The notes below the pieces were generated by a model. It had not been told where the DNA came from and searched no databases. It saw only the letters and a list, made by a program, of their open reading frames with translations. Position numbers and translations under genes: made by a program. Positions 17,067 to 27,780 of a DNA stretch of 60,052 nucleotides are shown one piece after another. Position 1 is the stretch's first letter; the number at the start of each line of letters is the position of its first letter. Origin of the DNA: Euryarchaeota archaeon UBA602 (GTDB lineage: Archaea > Thermoplasmatota > Poseidoniia > Poseidoniales > Thalassarchaeaceae); the NCBI GenBank assembly GCA_002498455.1, contig DAHO01000045.1:7777-67828 (forward strand). Direction: 5' to 3'.

Positions 17067-20000
17067 TCACTCCTGTTCCTCAACTTCAGGAACTTCGGCA
17101 GATGTCTCCAAATCACCTTCATCTTCAGATTCTTCAGCTTCAACCGAAGCATCGACTTGTCGTTGCCATTCATTGCGTTCTTCCATGTCTTCTTTGTCAT
17201 CTGCTGCTCGTTCTGCAAGTGAGGACAGGGTTTGATCGTCACCCGCGTTTTCAATGACATCTCCAGAATCATCCTCGGGGGCGACTGTGACACCATCGAG
17301 AATTGAACCACCCAAACTGGCAGGTGCAGGCAGTTCATCAGGTACTGATTCCATCTTTGATGGGTCAGGTAGATCCTTGGTTAACTCTGCCTTTTTGTTC
17401 AGAGTATCCATTGCAGCCTCAAGTTCAGCCTCAGCGGCTTCTCCAATTTCGAGTGCCTGCTCTCGGTCGAAGTCTGTAATGCGTCGACTACAGCCGTCAC
17501 CTGCATGCGTGATACCAATGTGGTGGTCTGCGAGTTGTAGACTGACCTTACGTAGCGTGACCATGATGAATTGTGCCCGTTGACTTCGCAGGCGGCAAAG
17601 TCTCGCAATGTGTTCTGCGTTGTACGCATCAAGATTTTGATCAACCTCATCGAAGTAGTAGAATGGACTGGGTTCGTAGTCTTGAATGGCGAAAATAAGG
17701 GCGAGGGCTGCCATTGATTTCTCTCCACCAGATAGTAAGCTCAGTTTGCTCTTACTGGATTTTCCACGTGGCTGACACCACATTTCCAATCCACCAGAGA
17801 ATGGGTCTTTCGGATTCTCGAGTCGCAACTCTGCGTTTCCACCATCTGAAAGACGCTGGTAGACCCGCTTGAAATTCTCTGAGACTATCGACAGTACCGT
17901 GGTCAATCTTGACTTACGCTCTCCTTCGAGTTTATCCGTCAATTCGATGAGATCGACACGACGCTTTCGCAAGACATTCGCGTCATCTGCAATGCGGCTT
18001 AAGCGATCCTCGGCTTCATCATACTGCTCTATAGAGAGCATGTTTACGTCGCCTAGATTTGCAATCTTTTTCTCAATATTGCGGACGCCGGACTCTGCAT
18101 CACCAACGCTGGGCAAATCAATATCTTCGGCTAGTGGCTCTAGATTTTGACTGGCCATTTCTTGAGTGAGTTCTTCCAAAAGTCGATGTTTACTTTCGAT
18201 TTCTTGTGACAACTCATCACACCGATTTCGCAGTGACTCTCGCTTTGCACTACTCTGCTCCAAAGCGGCTTTAATTCCAGCACGATCTTCTCTCAGAGAT
18301 TTGGAACGTTCGTTCAACTCACGGTGCTCTTCAGCCACTTGCTCATGAGCCACGCTCACCGTCGACAATTCACCGCTTAGAGATTCAATCTCCTTATTGA
18401 GCTCTTCAATTCGAAGTTGAGCCTTCTCTAGGATGGTTGTTTGTTCAGCAATTCGTCGTTCTATTTCATTGACATTTTGTTGAAGCAACTGAGAATTCGC
18501 ATTTCCGGTAGCCAACTGCCCCTCTGCGTCAATCTTGGCCTTCATCGCGGCTGCACGCAATTCATCACTGGCGCGTAAGCGCTCCGACAAGTGTTCAGGT
18601 GATGAGGAAAGTAGGTTGTCGGATGCGGTTTGTCGTGCTGTGACTGCGACCTCATAGGATTGAGTGGCTTCATTCGCACGATCTTGCACCTTCTTGTGTA
18701 CATTCTTAGCTTCAATCAATTGTGCATTGCAAACTTTGACCTTGTCCTCAGCAGATTCGAAAGCCGTATTCGCTCGCTTCATGTCCTCTTGCCATGCACG
18801 CAATTGAAGGCTGGAATCATCACTGCCGAGTGCATTAAGTCGCTCACGCATACGATGCTGATTTTGTCGTGACTCTGCCAGTGCTGCGTTGACAGTATTG
18901 GAGAGTAATTCCAAACGACTCAACTCAGTTTCGGCCTGTTGAACAGCATTCATTCCCGCAATGTTGCCGCCAAACTGAGGGCGGCGACCACGGACGGCAC
19001 CACCTACCATGGCCCCACTGGCTTCAGTAATGCTGCCATCAAGGGTGACCATTCTGACGCCACCCATGTGGCGTCGAGCCGTACCCATGTCGCGAACAAT
19101 TAGCGTATCCCGAACGGCATGCTTGACCGCGGATTCGATAGACTCATCATAGTCCAACAAGTCGAAAGCAAAACCAACCACTCCATCCTGTCGTGCAGTC
19201 ATGACGGCCTTTCCACCGGGTCTCCGCACGGTTAGTTTGTTCAGTGGTAGGAAAGTAGCTCGGCCTGCACGGTTGTCACGCAACCACTTGATACAAGATG
19301 CTGCAGTCTCATCATCTCGAACGATGATGCTGTTCATCCCACCTCCAAGGGCGAAAGCCAGGGCTTCTTCGTGTTCACCATCTTTTGGAGCACACAATTG
19401 ACCCAATGGACCCAAGATTCCAGATACTTCACCTGAGTCTTTCAGTGACATCACAGATGCAACTGCTTGAGCTAAACCCGCCTTGGAACCCGATCTGTTT
19501 TCCATCTCACCTTGGGCCCGAGCAAGAGAGCGTTCTGCTTCGCGGACTTTCCGTTCGATGCCTTCGAACTCATCCATGAGGCTGCGCTCTTCGCGTTGGA
19601 GACGGGTGATTTCCTCTGCCAACTCAGTCCGATCAGTCTTTTCCTCACCGGATTGGAGATCTTCACCGACCAATTGGAGATCGTCCCTGTTCAAACGGGC
19701 ATCTGAAAGGGCTTCTTCAAGTTCAGCAAGTCGTTCTTCAGTCATGGTGACTTGATTCAATGCTCGATCTGCTTCAAGGGCAGCAGCGACACGTGATTCG
19801 TCGGCTTTAGTCACTGCTTCAGTGGCTTTGCCAAAGGCTCGGTTCAAATCATGAGTAGCACGATCTCCACCTGCAATGGCCTCTCTTGCAGCTTTTTCTT
19901 CTGCTTCTGCTGATTCCATGTCTTGATCTGCTTTGACAAGTGCTTGTTTAGCATGTTCCAAACTTCGTTGATGCGCCTCAAGCGCTTCTTGGGCATTGGA

Positions 20001-21026
20001 TTGCTCGCTCTTTAGGACCTGAATTTCATCTTCGGCTTCTTCGATGGTCGACTCGGAGTCGGAAATACGATCTTTTCGGGTTTCAACATCGACCTGTAAT
20101 TTCCTTAGGCGCTCCCCGAGTGCCTTGCCGTCGTCACCGAGTACCGAATTCAATTGACGCTCTATATCGGCAATTTCGTCATCTAACTCGAGTAATTCTT
20201 CACTGGTTTCACGAATGGATGTGGACAACTCCTCGATTCTTGTCAAGTACCCTGCCCGTTCATCGGCAATCATCTGAATATCATTCAAACGCGAACGGTG
20301 ACGAGCATGAATTGCTGTGATTCTTGCATTTTCCAAAGCATCGGCCAAATTTCGATACTTCATCGCCTGCTCTCTCTCTTTACTGAGGGTTTTGAGACGT
20401 GTTTTGAGTTCATCTTCGAGTAATGCGATTCTTTCAAGATATTCTTCAGCCTTCTTTCGTTGGCGATCTGCTCGCTTGATTTCATCATCATATGCGGTTA
20501 CACCTGCAACGTCGTCCAACACCTTTCGACGTTCACGACTGGACATGGTCGCAAGGTGCGTTACGTCACCCTGTAGGACAATGTTGTATCCATCGCCACG
20601 AGCGCCCGCCTCTGTCAGGATTCTGCGGAATTCTGAACTCGTTGATGAACGCTCATTGAGATAATATGCGGTAACTGAGTCGTTTTTCCGATTCAGTTTC
20701 ACTGTCCGGGTGAATCGGACCTCATCTGCATCGACTCTCAATCTGCGTTGCCCATCATCGCCTTTTGGATTGTCAAATACCAATGTAGCTGTGCAAGAAC
20801 GGGCGGGTTTGTCCTTCTTCCCTCCATTGAAAATTAGATCTTTGACGTTCTGAGCCCGTAGGCTCTTTGCACTCCGTGGTCCAAGAACGAATTGTATGGC
20901 GTCACCACAGTTGCTTTTCCCACTACCATTGGGACCAGTAATTGCCGTAAAACCCTCTTGGTATGGGATGACAACCTCCCCTTTGAACGACTTGAAATTC
21001 TCCAATTCTATCGCTTTTAGAAACAT
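17067..21026 (-). CDS. smc: Chromosome segregation protein SMC with an acidic C-terminal extension
   Basis: LENFKSF, ITGPNGSGKSN, hinge GRATFLPL and VTLDG..GAMVGG, LSGGEKS, FDEVDQNLD. Confidence 0.98.
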   Translation of the reverse strand: MFLKAIELENFKSFKGEVVIPYQEGFTAITGPNGSGKSNCGDAIQFVLGPRSAKSLRAQNVKDLIFNGGKKDKPARSCTATLVFDNPKGDDGQRRLRVDADEVRFTRTVKLNRKNDSVTAYYLNERSSTSSEFRRILTEAGARGDGYNIVLQGDVTHLATMSSRERRKVLDDVAGVTAYDDEIKRADRQRKKAEEYLERIALLEDELKTRLKTLSKEREQAMKYRNLADALENARITAIHARHRSRLNDIQMIADERAGYLTRIEELSTSIRETSEELLELDDEIADIERQLNSVLGDDGKALGERLRKLQVDVETRKDRISDSESTIEEAEDEIQVLKSEQSNAQEALEAHQRSLEHAKQALVKADQDMESAEAEEKAAREAIAGGDRATHDLNRAFGKATEAVTKADESRVAAALEADRALNQVTMTEERLAELEEALSDARLNRDDLQLVGEDLQSGEEKTDRTELAEEITRLQREERSLMDEFEGIERKVREAERSLARAQGEMENRSGSKAGLAQAVASVMSLKDSGEVSGILGPLGQLCAPKDGEHEEALAFALGGGMNSIIVRDDETAASCIKWLRDNRAGRATFLPLNKLTVRRPGGKAVMTARQDGVVGFAFDLLDYDESIESAVKHAVRDTLIVRDMGTARRHMGGVRMVTLDGSITEASGAMVGGAVRGRRPQFGGNIAGMNAVQQAETELSRLELLSNTVNAALAESRQNQHRMRERLNALGSDDSSLQLRAWQEDMKRANTAFESAEDKVKVCNAQLIEAKNVHKKVQDRANEATQSYEVAVTARQTASDNLLSSSPEHLSERLRASDELRAAAMKAKIDAEGQLATGNANSQLLQQNVNEIERRIAEQTTILEKAQLRIEELNKEIESLSGELSTVSVAHEQVAEEHRELNERSKSLREDRAGIKAALEQSSAKRESLRNRCDELSQEIESKHRLLEELTQEMASQNLEPLAEDIDLPSVGDAESGVRNIEKKIANLGDVNMLSIEQYDEAEDRLSRIADDANVLRKRRVDLIELTDKLEGERKSRLTTVLSIVSENFKRVYQRLSDGGNAELRLENPKDPFSGGLEMWCQPRGKSSKSKLSLLSGGEKSMAALALIFAIQDYEPSPFYYFDEVDQNLDAYNAEHIARLCRLRSQRAQFIMVTLRKVSLQLADHHIGITHAGDGCSRRITDFDREQALEIGEAAEAELEAAMDTLNKKAELTKDLPDPSKMESVPDELPAPASLGGSILDGVTVAPEDDSGDVIENAGDDQTLSSLAERAADDKEDMEERNEWQRQVDASVEAEESEDEGDLETSAEVPEVEEQE

Positions 21027-21160
21027 ATTATTCCCCCAATTTGTATCCCAAGGACACACGCCGGCTAGCGTCGATGTTTCAACGACTATAAACAACACGC
21101 CTCGCATACGCGAAGAAAGAGTGATTTTTACCGACAGAATGGGGCGCCATCAGACTGTTT

Positions 21161-21913
21161 TCATCCCAGAGAGCCGGTATTACCGCATTGCCCACAACCT
21201 TCACCGTTGCAATAGTGACAGGTGCGACCTAAACTTCCACCCCAATCATCACCAGTACTGACCTGGAAAGGGTCCTCAAATGCATCAAGCATTAGTGCCC
21301 GCCGAAGTTGTCCGACTGAGAAGTCGCCAGGGAGGTGACGCTCAGCAGGACCCAAAAATCGTCGAGTGCCCGAATCTGATATTGCACGTGAGCCGGAGCG
21401 TTGACCCCGCCGACGCATGGAGCCCCCCACCAAAGAAATGATCAATGCGATTGTAAGCAAAATGAGTGAGACTCCATTTGGGAACGGGAAGCCGAGAATT
21501 TCTCCGGCGTCCATGGGTTGTCCATTGTCCGTCAACATCCCAAAGAAATCTGCAATTCCAACTAGGGCGACGAGAAGGCCAATCCGTTGCAAGTTACGCC
21601 CCTGGCGTTCCGCTCGACTCTTGCGTCGGTTTGAAGCGAACAGTGCCCGCAATGCCCTCCATGATAGCAAGGCACCTGTTGTGAGAAGAATGGCATCGAT
21701 GGGCTCCCATGTTCCAAGAGGTTGGAGACAATCTGAAATCCCAACTGCATTGATGTCTGCACGTATGGTTGCTTCACTGCATGACCCACTAAACACCATT
21801 GTCAGGACCAATTTATGCATCTCGCCGCTACCCATTTGGTAAAATCCAATGTGTAAATTCCACAACGTCAGTACGGAGAGAAGCAGGCCGACCGCAAGTT
21901 TTGCCACATGCAT
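21161..21913 (-). CDS. Membrane protein (about 4 TM) with a C-terminal CxxCxGxG-type zinc finger
   Basis: Hydrophobic segments; ends CHYCNGEGCGQCGNTG; start uncertain (21913-21934). Confidence 0.7.
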   Translation of the reverse strand: MHVAKLAVGLLLSVLTLWNLHIGFYQMGSGEMHKLVLTMVFSGSCSEATIRADINAVGISDCLQPLGTWEPIDAILLTTGALLSWRALRALFASNRRKSRAERQGRNLQRIGLLVALVGIADFFGMLTDNGQPMDAGEILGFPFPNGVSLILLTIALIISLVGGSMRRRGQRSGSRAISDSGTRRFLGPAERHLPGDFSVGQLRRALMLDAFEDPFQVSTGDDWGGSLGRTCHYCNGEGCGQCGNTGSLG

Positions 21914-22031
21914 GGTTCGACCCATTGATATCATTGTATACCGGGCGAGTATTATGACTATCGCCGGGTGCCCCCGGGAAGGACAACGTTGAATGCAAGA
22001 ATGCTGACCACGGAGTACGGGAGATGAGTTT

Positions 22032-23615
22032 GTGGCAGATGTGGTTGTCATCGGTTCAGGCATTGCCGGTTTATTCGTCGCCACTCGCTGCGCTCGTGCA
22101 GGACTTGACACCATGGTCGTGACCAAGAAAAATCTCTCCGACTCATCGACGAACTGGGCCCAAGGGGGCATCGCTGCGGCCATGGAGAATCACGATTTGC
22201 AGTCACATATTGACGACACCATTCGGGCTGGCTGTGGACTCAGCAACCCGGAAATCGTTGAGATGGTGGTCCGAGAATCCGCCCAACGGATTGAGGATTT
22301 GATCACATCGGGTGTACAATTTGATACGGACGAAAGTGGATTTGATCTGGCCATGGAAGGTGGCCATTCCAATCGGAGAATTCTGCATGCCAAGGATGCA
22401 ACGGGGGCTGAAATCGAACGAGCATTGATTGTTGAAGCAAAAGCATCGGACAATCTTGAATTGCTAGAAGACCACATGGCAGTCGATTTGATTCTTCAGG
22501 ATAAGTCTGCTGAAATCAAAGAAATCTCAGGGATTTGGGTCCTTTCTCCTAATGGAGAAGTTCAGACGATTCCAACTAGAGCCATCATCATCGCTACCGG
22601 AGGAGCAGGACACATCTACAGGCAGACTACGAATCCATCGGTCGCCACAGGAGATGGAATCGCCATGGCCCATCGAGCGGGTGCCTTGGTTCGAGATTTG
22701 GAATTTGTACAGTTCCACCCAACCGCTCTCGCAATGATGGGAGAGAGGCCCTTTCTGATTACGGAGGCATTGCGCGGTCATGGAGCTGTGCTGATGAACA
22801 ATGAGAACCTGCAAGATTGGAAGCTCAAAGGTGGCGACCCCGCTTCATTCTCGTTCATGCTCAACTACGATTCAAGAGGGTCATTGGCCACAAGAGACAT
22901 TGTTGCAAGAGCTGCGGATCAAGAAATGAAACGTACAGGAGACAATTGTGTCTGGTTGGTCACTTCACACCTCAAAAGTATCGACCTCAAGCAAAGATTC
23001 CCAACCATCCAATCACGGCTGGATAAGCACGGATTGGAATTGGGTGTTGAGCCCTTGCCGGTTGCCCCTGCTGCCCACTACATGGTGGGTGGAATTTCTG
23101 TCGACAAAAACGGCTTAGCACAACAGTGTCCATCTTGTTCAAATCCACTGCCCTTCCGGGGTCTATATGCGATTGGAGAAGTCGCATGTACGGGATTGCA
23201 TGGAGCCAATCGACTGGCATCAAATAGTCTGTTGGAAGCCGTCGTTTTCTCGAACAGATGTGCCGAGCACGTCATTGCAAACCTGAAACCCGAATCGAAT
23301 GAAGAATTACCGATATGGAGGGCCGATGGTTTGTCGAATTTGGTTGAACATTCCCCTCTACGAAGTGACCGTATTGCTCTGCAATCAACCATGACTGATG
23401 ATGTGGGCTTAGTCAAACGAAACGTACGCCTACAGCGAGCTCAAAGAAGATTGGAATTTTTACGACAAGAAGTTGATCATATTTGGAGGGGGAGTTTGCC
23501 CACGCGGGAAGTCATTGAGTTGCGAAACATGATTCACGTCTCGAGGTTGGTAACTGCAGCTGCAATCGGACGCAAAACCAATGTTGGACTCCACCACAAT
23601 CTTGACCACGATTAG
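22032..23615 (+). CDS. nadB: L-aspartate oxidase
   Basis: GSGIAG, WAQGGIAA, EGGHSNRRILH, EFVQFHPT, LITEALRG, GLHGANRLASNSLLEA. Confidence 0.95.
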   Translation: MADVVVIGSGIAGLFVATRCARAGLDTMVVTKKNLSDSSTNWAQGGIAAAMENHDLQSHIDDTIRAGCGLSNPEIVEMVVRESAQRIEDLITSGVQFDTDESGFDLAMEGGHSNRRILHAKDATGAEIERALIVEAKASDNLELLEDHMAVDLILQDKSAEIKEISGIWVLSPNGEVQTIPTRAIIIATGGAGHIYRQTTNPSVATGDGIAMAHRAGALVRDLEFVQFHPTALAMMGERPFLITEALRGHGAVLMNNENLQDWKLKGGDPASFSFMLNYDSRGSLATRDIVARAADQEMKRTGDNCVWLVTSHLKSIDLKQRFPTIQSRLDKHGLELGVEPLPVAPAAHYMVGGISVDKNGLAQQCPSCSNPLPFRGLYAIGEVACTGLHGANRLASNSLLEAVVFSNRCAEHVIANLKPESNEELPIWRADGLSNLVEHSPLRSDRIALQSTMTDDVGLVKRNVRLQRAQRRLEFLRQEVDHIWRGSLPTREVIELRNMIHVSRLVTAAAIGRKTNVGLHHNLDHD

Positions 23616-24571
23616 CTGCGTGTACTTTGCTCAATTCCCTTAACTAGAGCATGCAAAGTTTGGTTTCGAGGCGTGGGTATGCCGAGTGATTCCCCTCGCT
23701 TCACAACCTCACCACAAATCGAATCAATCTCGGTTTGCCGTCCTGCCATAATGTCTTGCAACATACTGACTCTGTTGTCTGCTGTGGCTCGACAAAGATC
23801 TTCCAGTCCTTGTGCAAGATCGAAATCACTGAGATCTATGCCCTCAGCGGTCGCGATTCTCGCTGCCTCTTCCATGGCTGCCAAACCAGTTTCAAAGAGT
23901 TCAGGGTGGAACAACATCTCACCATTCAATATTCCTGAAATTGCACAAACAGGGTTAATCGCGACATTGAGCAGAAGTTTTGTCCAAATCGTTTTGGCAA
24001 TATCTTCGCTCCAAATCGGTTGTAAACCTGCCTCATCTAATGCCGAGATAAAACTGTCAACACGGGGTTCAACCGGTTCTAAGTCACTGTTGATAAATGC
24101 CCCTAGTTTGATTGTACCACGACTGGTCCACTTCACCTCACCGGGGCCAATCCGAATCGCTCCATGTGTGGTAGATGCCCCCAAAACACGGTGTTTCCCG
24201 ATGAAATTGGCCAATTTTTCCATGTGTCCTATTCCATTAGAAAGACATAGGCCGATTCCATTGAGAGACAGTACCGAATCGGCAATCTTGCATAGATTTG
24301 GCAAATCGTAACTCTTCCCACACAGGATGGCATAATCCGCCCAACCTTGGATTTCTACCGGGATTTCAGTTTGATTGGTATCGAATACAGTCCATCGATC
24401 GGGAGCAAGCGCAATGGTACGACCATCCGGGGTATCCAGCAGTAATCCCACCGCATCGAGCGCTTGGGCAGTTTCCCCCCGCGCACAGAGCAAGACTTCG
24501 CAACCCGAACGAGCCAACCGAGATGCAATGAGCCCTCCAATAGAACCCACACCGAGAACGGCGACTCGCAT
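23612..24571 (-). CDS. panE: 2-dehydropantoate 2-reductase
   Basis: GVGSIG, NGIGH, WTKLLLNVAINP, SMLQDI..GRQTEIDSICG. Confidence 0.93.
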   Translation of the reverse strand: MRVAVLGVGSIGGLIASRLARSGCEVLLCARGETAQALDAVGLLLDTPDGRTIALAPDRWTVFDTNQTEIPVEIQGWADYAILCGKSYDLPNLCKIADSVLSLNGIGLCLSNGIGHMEKLANFIGKHRVLGASTTHGAIRIGPGEVKWTSRGTIKLGAFINSDLEPVEPRVDSFISALDEAGLQPIWSEDIAKTIWTKLLLNVAINPVCAISGILNGEMLFHPELFETGLAAMEEAARIATAEGIDLSDFDLAQGLEDLCRATADNRVSMLQDIMAGRQTEIDSICGEVVKRGESLGIPTPRNQTLHALVKGIEQSTRS

Positions 24572-27045
24572 CAGGTCTGCCCTCCTGGGCAACCGCTAGG
24601 GTTTATGCAGTGAGAAATCAGGTGTAGAATCCATTCTTCTGTCGTTGGTTCCACCCATACAATTTGAACTACATCGTTGTCATTCGTATGGTTGAATTCT
24701 GGAAGTGATTCGCCCGATAATAGAGTGAAGTCCGAAATACCCCAGTCATGATCCGTACCGAAATCAGTGGTTTCAACACGAATTTCTATGCTTGAGTTAC
24801 CACGATTGACTCCCTGATGTAGAATGCCATTGGATGGAACCAAAGTTGCTGTCCATGCGGTTTGATGGTTTGAACATGCGATAAGATGGCCATAATCTGG
24901 TAACAACACGGTTCCATTGATTCGATTTTCTGGTAAGGTCATTTCAGGAATTTCAGACATGTTTAGTTCCCATGAACCATTGTCATCGGTTGGGATTGAC
25001 ATTTCAACCCTAGACAATGGACAATGAGTAGATTCAGATGTTTCTTCAAACCACATCAGGTATTCAGCGCTTAGGGACGGGTCGACCATAGAGAAAGCAT
25101 TCGACAAAGTGGTTGCCGGCCAATATCCGCCTGGTAGGTGAAGGTCCGATTCAAGTGTGACCTCTGAACGGTACACTGAACCATCATCTAGTGTAGTTAC
25201 CAAATGGGTTTGGATCTCATCACTTCGCAGCAGATGATGTGTGCCAAAGACACCATCAATGCAGATGGTTGAATTTTCACCTGCCGGTAGAGATAGATGT
25301 GGGCTCGAATCAAACGTGAACAATCCAACAGGGATTGATTCAATACTGATATTACCGGGAAGTTCAGAGTGCCCTGTCATATTTACACAATACTGAGGGG
25401 TGTCAGAATCACCATCCCAAATCCAACTCATTTCAGTGGGAATCGGAGTACTTTGATATGAAAAATTCACTTGATGCGAGCGCGTATCCAACTGTTCCAG
25501 CCAATAGATTTCCAGACTAAACAAATCGGCCCTAATCACCGATGGTTGATCTTCATTTTGCGATTGTAATGTGAACTTCAGTGACTGTTCGCTAAGTGGC
25601 CCAATATCATCGAATTGACACTCAATTTCTGCAAAATACACAATTTCGCCGCATTCTTCGGAAATCGACAACAAATTGACATCATCCCATGAACCACTGA
25701 TGCTGAACTCAAACTCAATGTCGATGTCCATGACTCCGAGGGTGTTCAATGGGAGTTCAATTGTGTTGATTTCATCGTTCACAAAAATGAATTCTGAGGG
25801 CCATTCTGAGGTGTCCAATCCGGCATCCCAATCGTCCAACTCTTGAACTGGCAATAACCCAGGAAATCCTAGTAACAAAGTGGCAACAAGTACAATGGAA
25901 AAAGCATTCTTCGAGCGGTCTGAAAACTCCTTTGCTTCATTGAGAATAAAGGGGATGGCGCTTGCTTCAGGGCTAAATCTACGCCAAGCACCCAAGGCAA
26001 CCAGCATCAGCCATGGCCAAAATCCACCATTGAATACGATGTATATTCCAGCAACCAAGATACCGACAAACAACCATGTCTGAGTCCCTCCTTCTTCCAT
26101 TTCACCGGGACTCAACAAGGCAGATAGCAAACGATCACCAGGAAATCCAGGCAAAGGGAGCAATAGAATCCAGCCCATTGTATTGAGAGTGATTCCTGCC
26201 AATCCCAAGGGATGTAGCCATGAAGAACGGAGACTGAGCTCTTCCGCTGGAATGTAGAGACTCAACAGCAATTCAGGAAGGACTGAAGCAGATACTGAAA
26301 TTGGAGATTCGCCAAAACTCGGAGAGGAATTGCTGGTCAAAACGAAACCAAGTACGGTTAGGATCATTCCTGAGATGATCATGATCAGGGGTGCAATGAT
26401 GGAGACTAATGCCAATGATTTCCGATCTTTGAATGAGAGAAGTTCCAATCGACGCTGGCTGGTAAATCCAATCACCCCAAATGGCCAAATGGGTACGGTC
26501 GGCGTCATCAAAAAGGGAACTGCAAGAGGAATGTGGTGACCCAAATCAACTCCTGCTTTCAACGCAAATCTGCGACGAATTTCACTTCCAATTCCCATCA
26601 CCAATGCGATGGGAAGGGCAAACCAGCAAAACGAATGAGAGAGTAAATCGGGATCTGTCAATTTGGGTCCAGGATCTTGATGCTGAAGCCAAGCCACCCC
26701 CGCCAGGGTCAAGAATGAGGTGAATATCAGCCAAACAGCAGCCATTTGTCCCACTGAAAGACCTGGTTCACGACCAAGCAACTTCGGCCTGATGACCAAA
26801 TCAAACGGCTTTCCATCCTGCAAGGTGGCAAACCAAGACAATCGATTGAGATGTTTATTCAGCTGACTGAGGGCTTTTTCTGAATCCAAATCTTGACCTT
26901 TGAGACTTACTCGCCAACCGATCTCAACATCATCCATATCTTCGATAATGTGAAACCAGCGTGAAACAATTCGCTCAATCAAATCGCGATGGGACCACAA
27001 ATCGGCATCGATTTTCAGCGGTTTAATCGCTTCAGACTCGGCCAT
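24571..27045 (-). CDS. Site-2 protease (M50)-like membrane protein lacking catalytic motifs, with a large acidic C-terminal domain
   Basis: TM pattern and motifs FALPIALV, FGVI, DRKSL, LHPLGLAG and LLPLPG resemble the archaeal/EGY M50 family; the HExxH position reads SEIRR. Confidence 0.7.
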   Translation of the reverse strand: MAESEAIKPLKIDADLWSHRDLIERIVSRWFHIIEDMDDVEIGWRVSLKGQDLDSEKALSQLNKHLNRLSWFATLQDGKPFDLVIRPKLLGREPGLSVGQMAAVWLIFTSFLTLAGVAWLQHQDPGPKLTDPDLLSHSFCWFALPIALVMGIGSEIRRRFALKAGVDLGHHIPLAVPFLMTPTVPIWPFGVIGFTSQRRLELLSFKDRKSLALVSIIAPLIMIISGMILTVLGFVLTSNSSPSFGESPISVSASVLPELLLSLYIPAEELSLRSSWLHPLGLAGITLNTMGWILLLPLPGFPGDRLLSALLSPGEMEEGGTQTWLFVGILVAGIYIVFNGGFWPWLMLVALGAWRRFSPEASAIPFILNEAKEFSDRSKNAFSIVLVATLLLGFPGLLPVQELDDWDAGLDTSEWPSEFIFVNDEINTIELPLNTLGVMDIDIEFEFSISGSWDDVNLLSISEECGEIVYFAEIECQFDDIGPLSEQSLKFTLQSQNEDQPSVIRADLFSLEIYWLEQLDTRSHQVNFSYQSTPIPTEMSWIWDGDSDTPQYCVNMTGHSELPGNISIESIPVGLFTFDSSPHLSLPAGENSTICIDGVFGTHHLLRSDEIQTHLVTTLDDGSVYRSEVTLESDLHLPGGYWPATTLSNAFSMVDPSLSAEYLMWFEETSESTHCPLSRVEMSIPTDDNGSWELNMSEIPEMTLPENRINGTVLLPDYGHLIACSNHQTAWTATLVPSNGILHQGVNRGNSSIEIRVETTDFGTDHDWGISDFTLLSGESLPEFNHTNDNDVVQIVWVEPTTEEWILHLISHCINPSGCPGGQT

Positions 27046-27130
27046 GGCCCCACCTCTAGTAAGACTGCGAATCATCAACCGATATATGACCCACGGCGAC
27101 CTGAAGTCGCAACCATCGGTAAAACTTCGA

Positions 27131-27748
27131 TCATTTATTCTTAAATCGCTTGAGACGGAAGGTCTCTTCGCGCTCCATTTCTTCCAATCGAAGTTGGATG
27201 AATGATTGAGCCTCTTGCATCTCGGGAATCACTTTGAATTCCAACGCGTTCACACGGCGCTTAGTCGCCTCAATTTCGACCAAAAGGCGCTTCAATGTGG
27301 CTTCCATCTCGGCTGCCTTGACAATGTTTTCAATCAACGCAGAGTAAGAATCTGCTGCTTCGTCAATGTAAGCTGAACCTCCAATCAAACCCACACCGCG
27401 CTCACTGATGGTGCTGGTCAAATTGGATCCTTGTACGCTGGGAACGACAACACCCATGATATTGCGAGGACTGACCTCGACTTCGGGACGGTTTGAGATT
27501 GCGATTGCGGCACTCTTGACCGCCAATCCACCCTCAATCGCACCGGCAAGGCTGATTGATTCAACCGCTTGTCTGTAGGTCCCCACCAATCCTTCACGCG
27601 CCTCAATCATCTCAGAAAGAAGGGTTCGGAATTCGTGGAACAATCCGTCACGCTTGAGCTTCAACAGATTGTATCCATTCTGTGTCTGCTTAATCCGACG
27701 CTTGAGATTGATGAGTTCAGAGCGTGTGGGTTTGATGTCCAATGCCAT
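27131..27748 (-). CDS. atpD: A/V-type ATP synthase subunit D
   Basis: KPTRSEL, LLKLKRDGL, TKRRVNALE. Confidence 0.97.
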   Translation of the reverse strand: MALDIKPTRSELINLKRRIKQTQNGYNLLKLKRDGLFHEFRTLLSEMIEAREGLVGTYRQAVESISLAGAIEGGLAVKSAAIAISNRPEVEVSPRNIMGVVVPSVQGSNLTSTISERGVGLIGGSAYIDEAADSYSALIENIVKAAEMEATLKRLLVEIEATKRRVNALEFKVIPEMQEAQSFIQLRLEEMEREETFRLKRFKNK

Positions 27749-27780
27749 GATTTCTCACCTCCAGTTACTCAATTGCCCAA

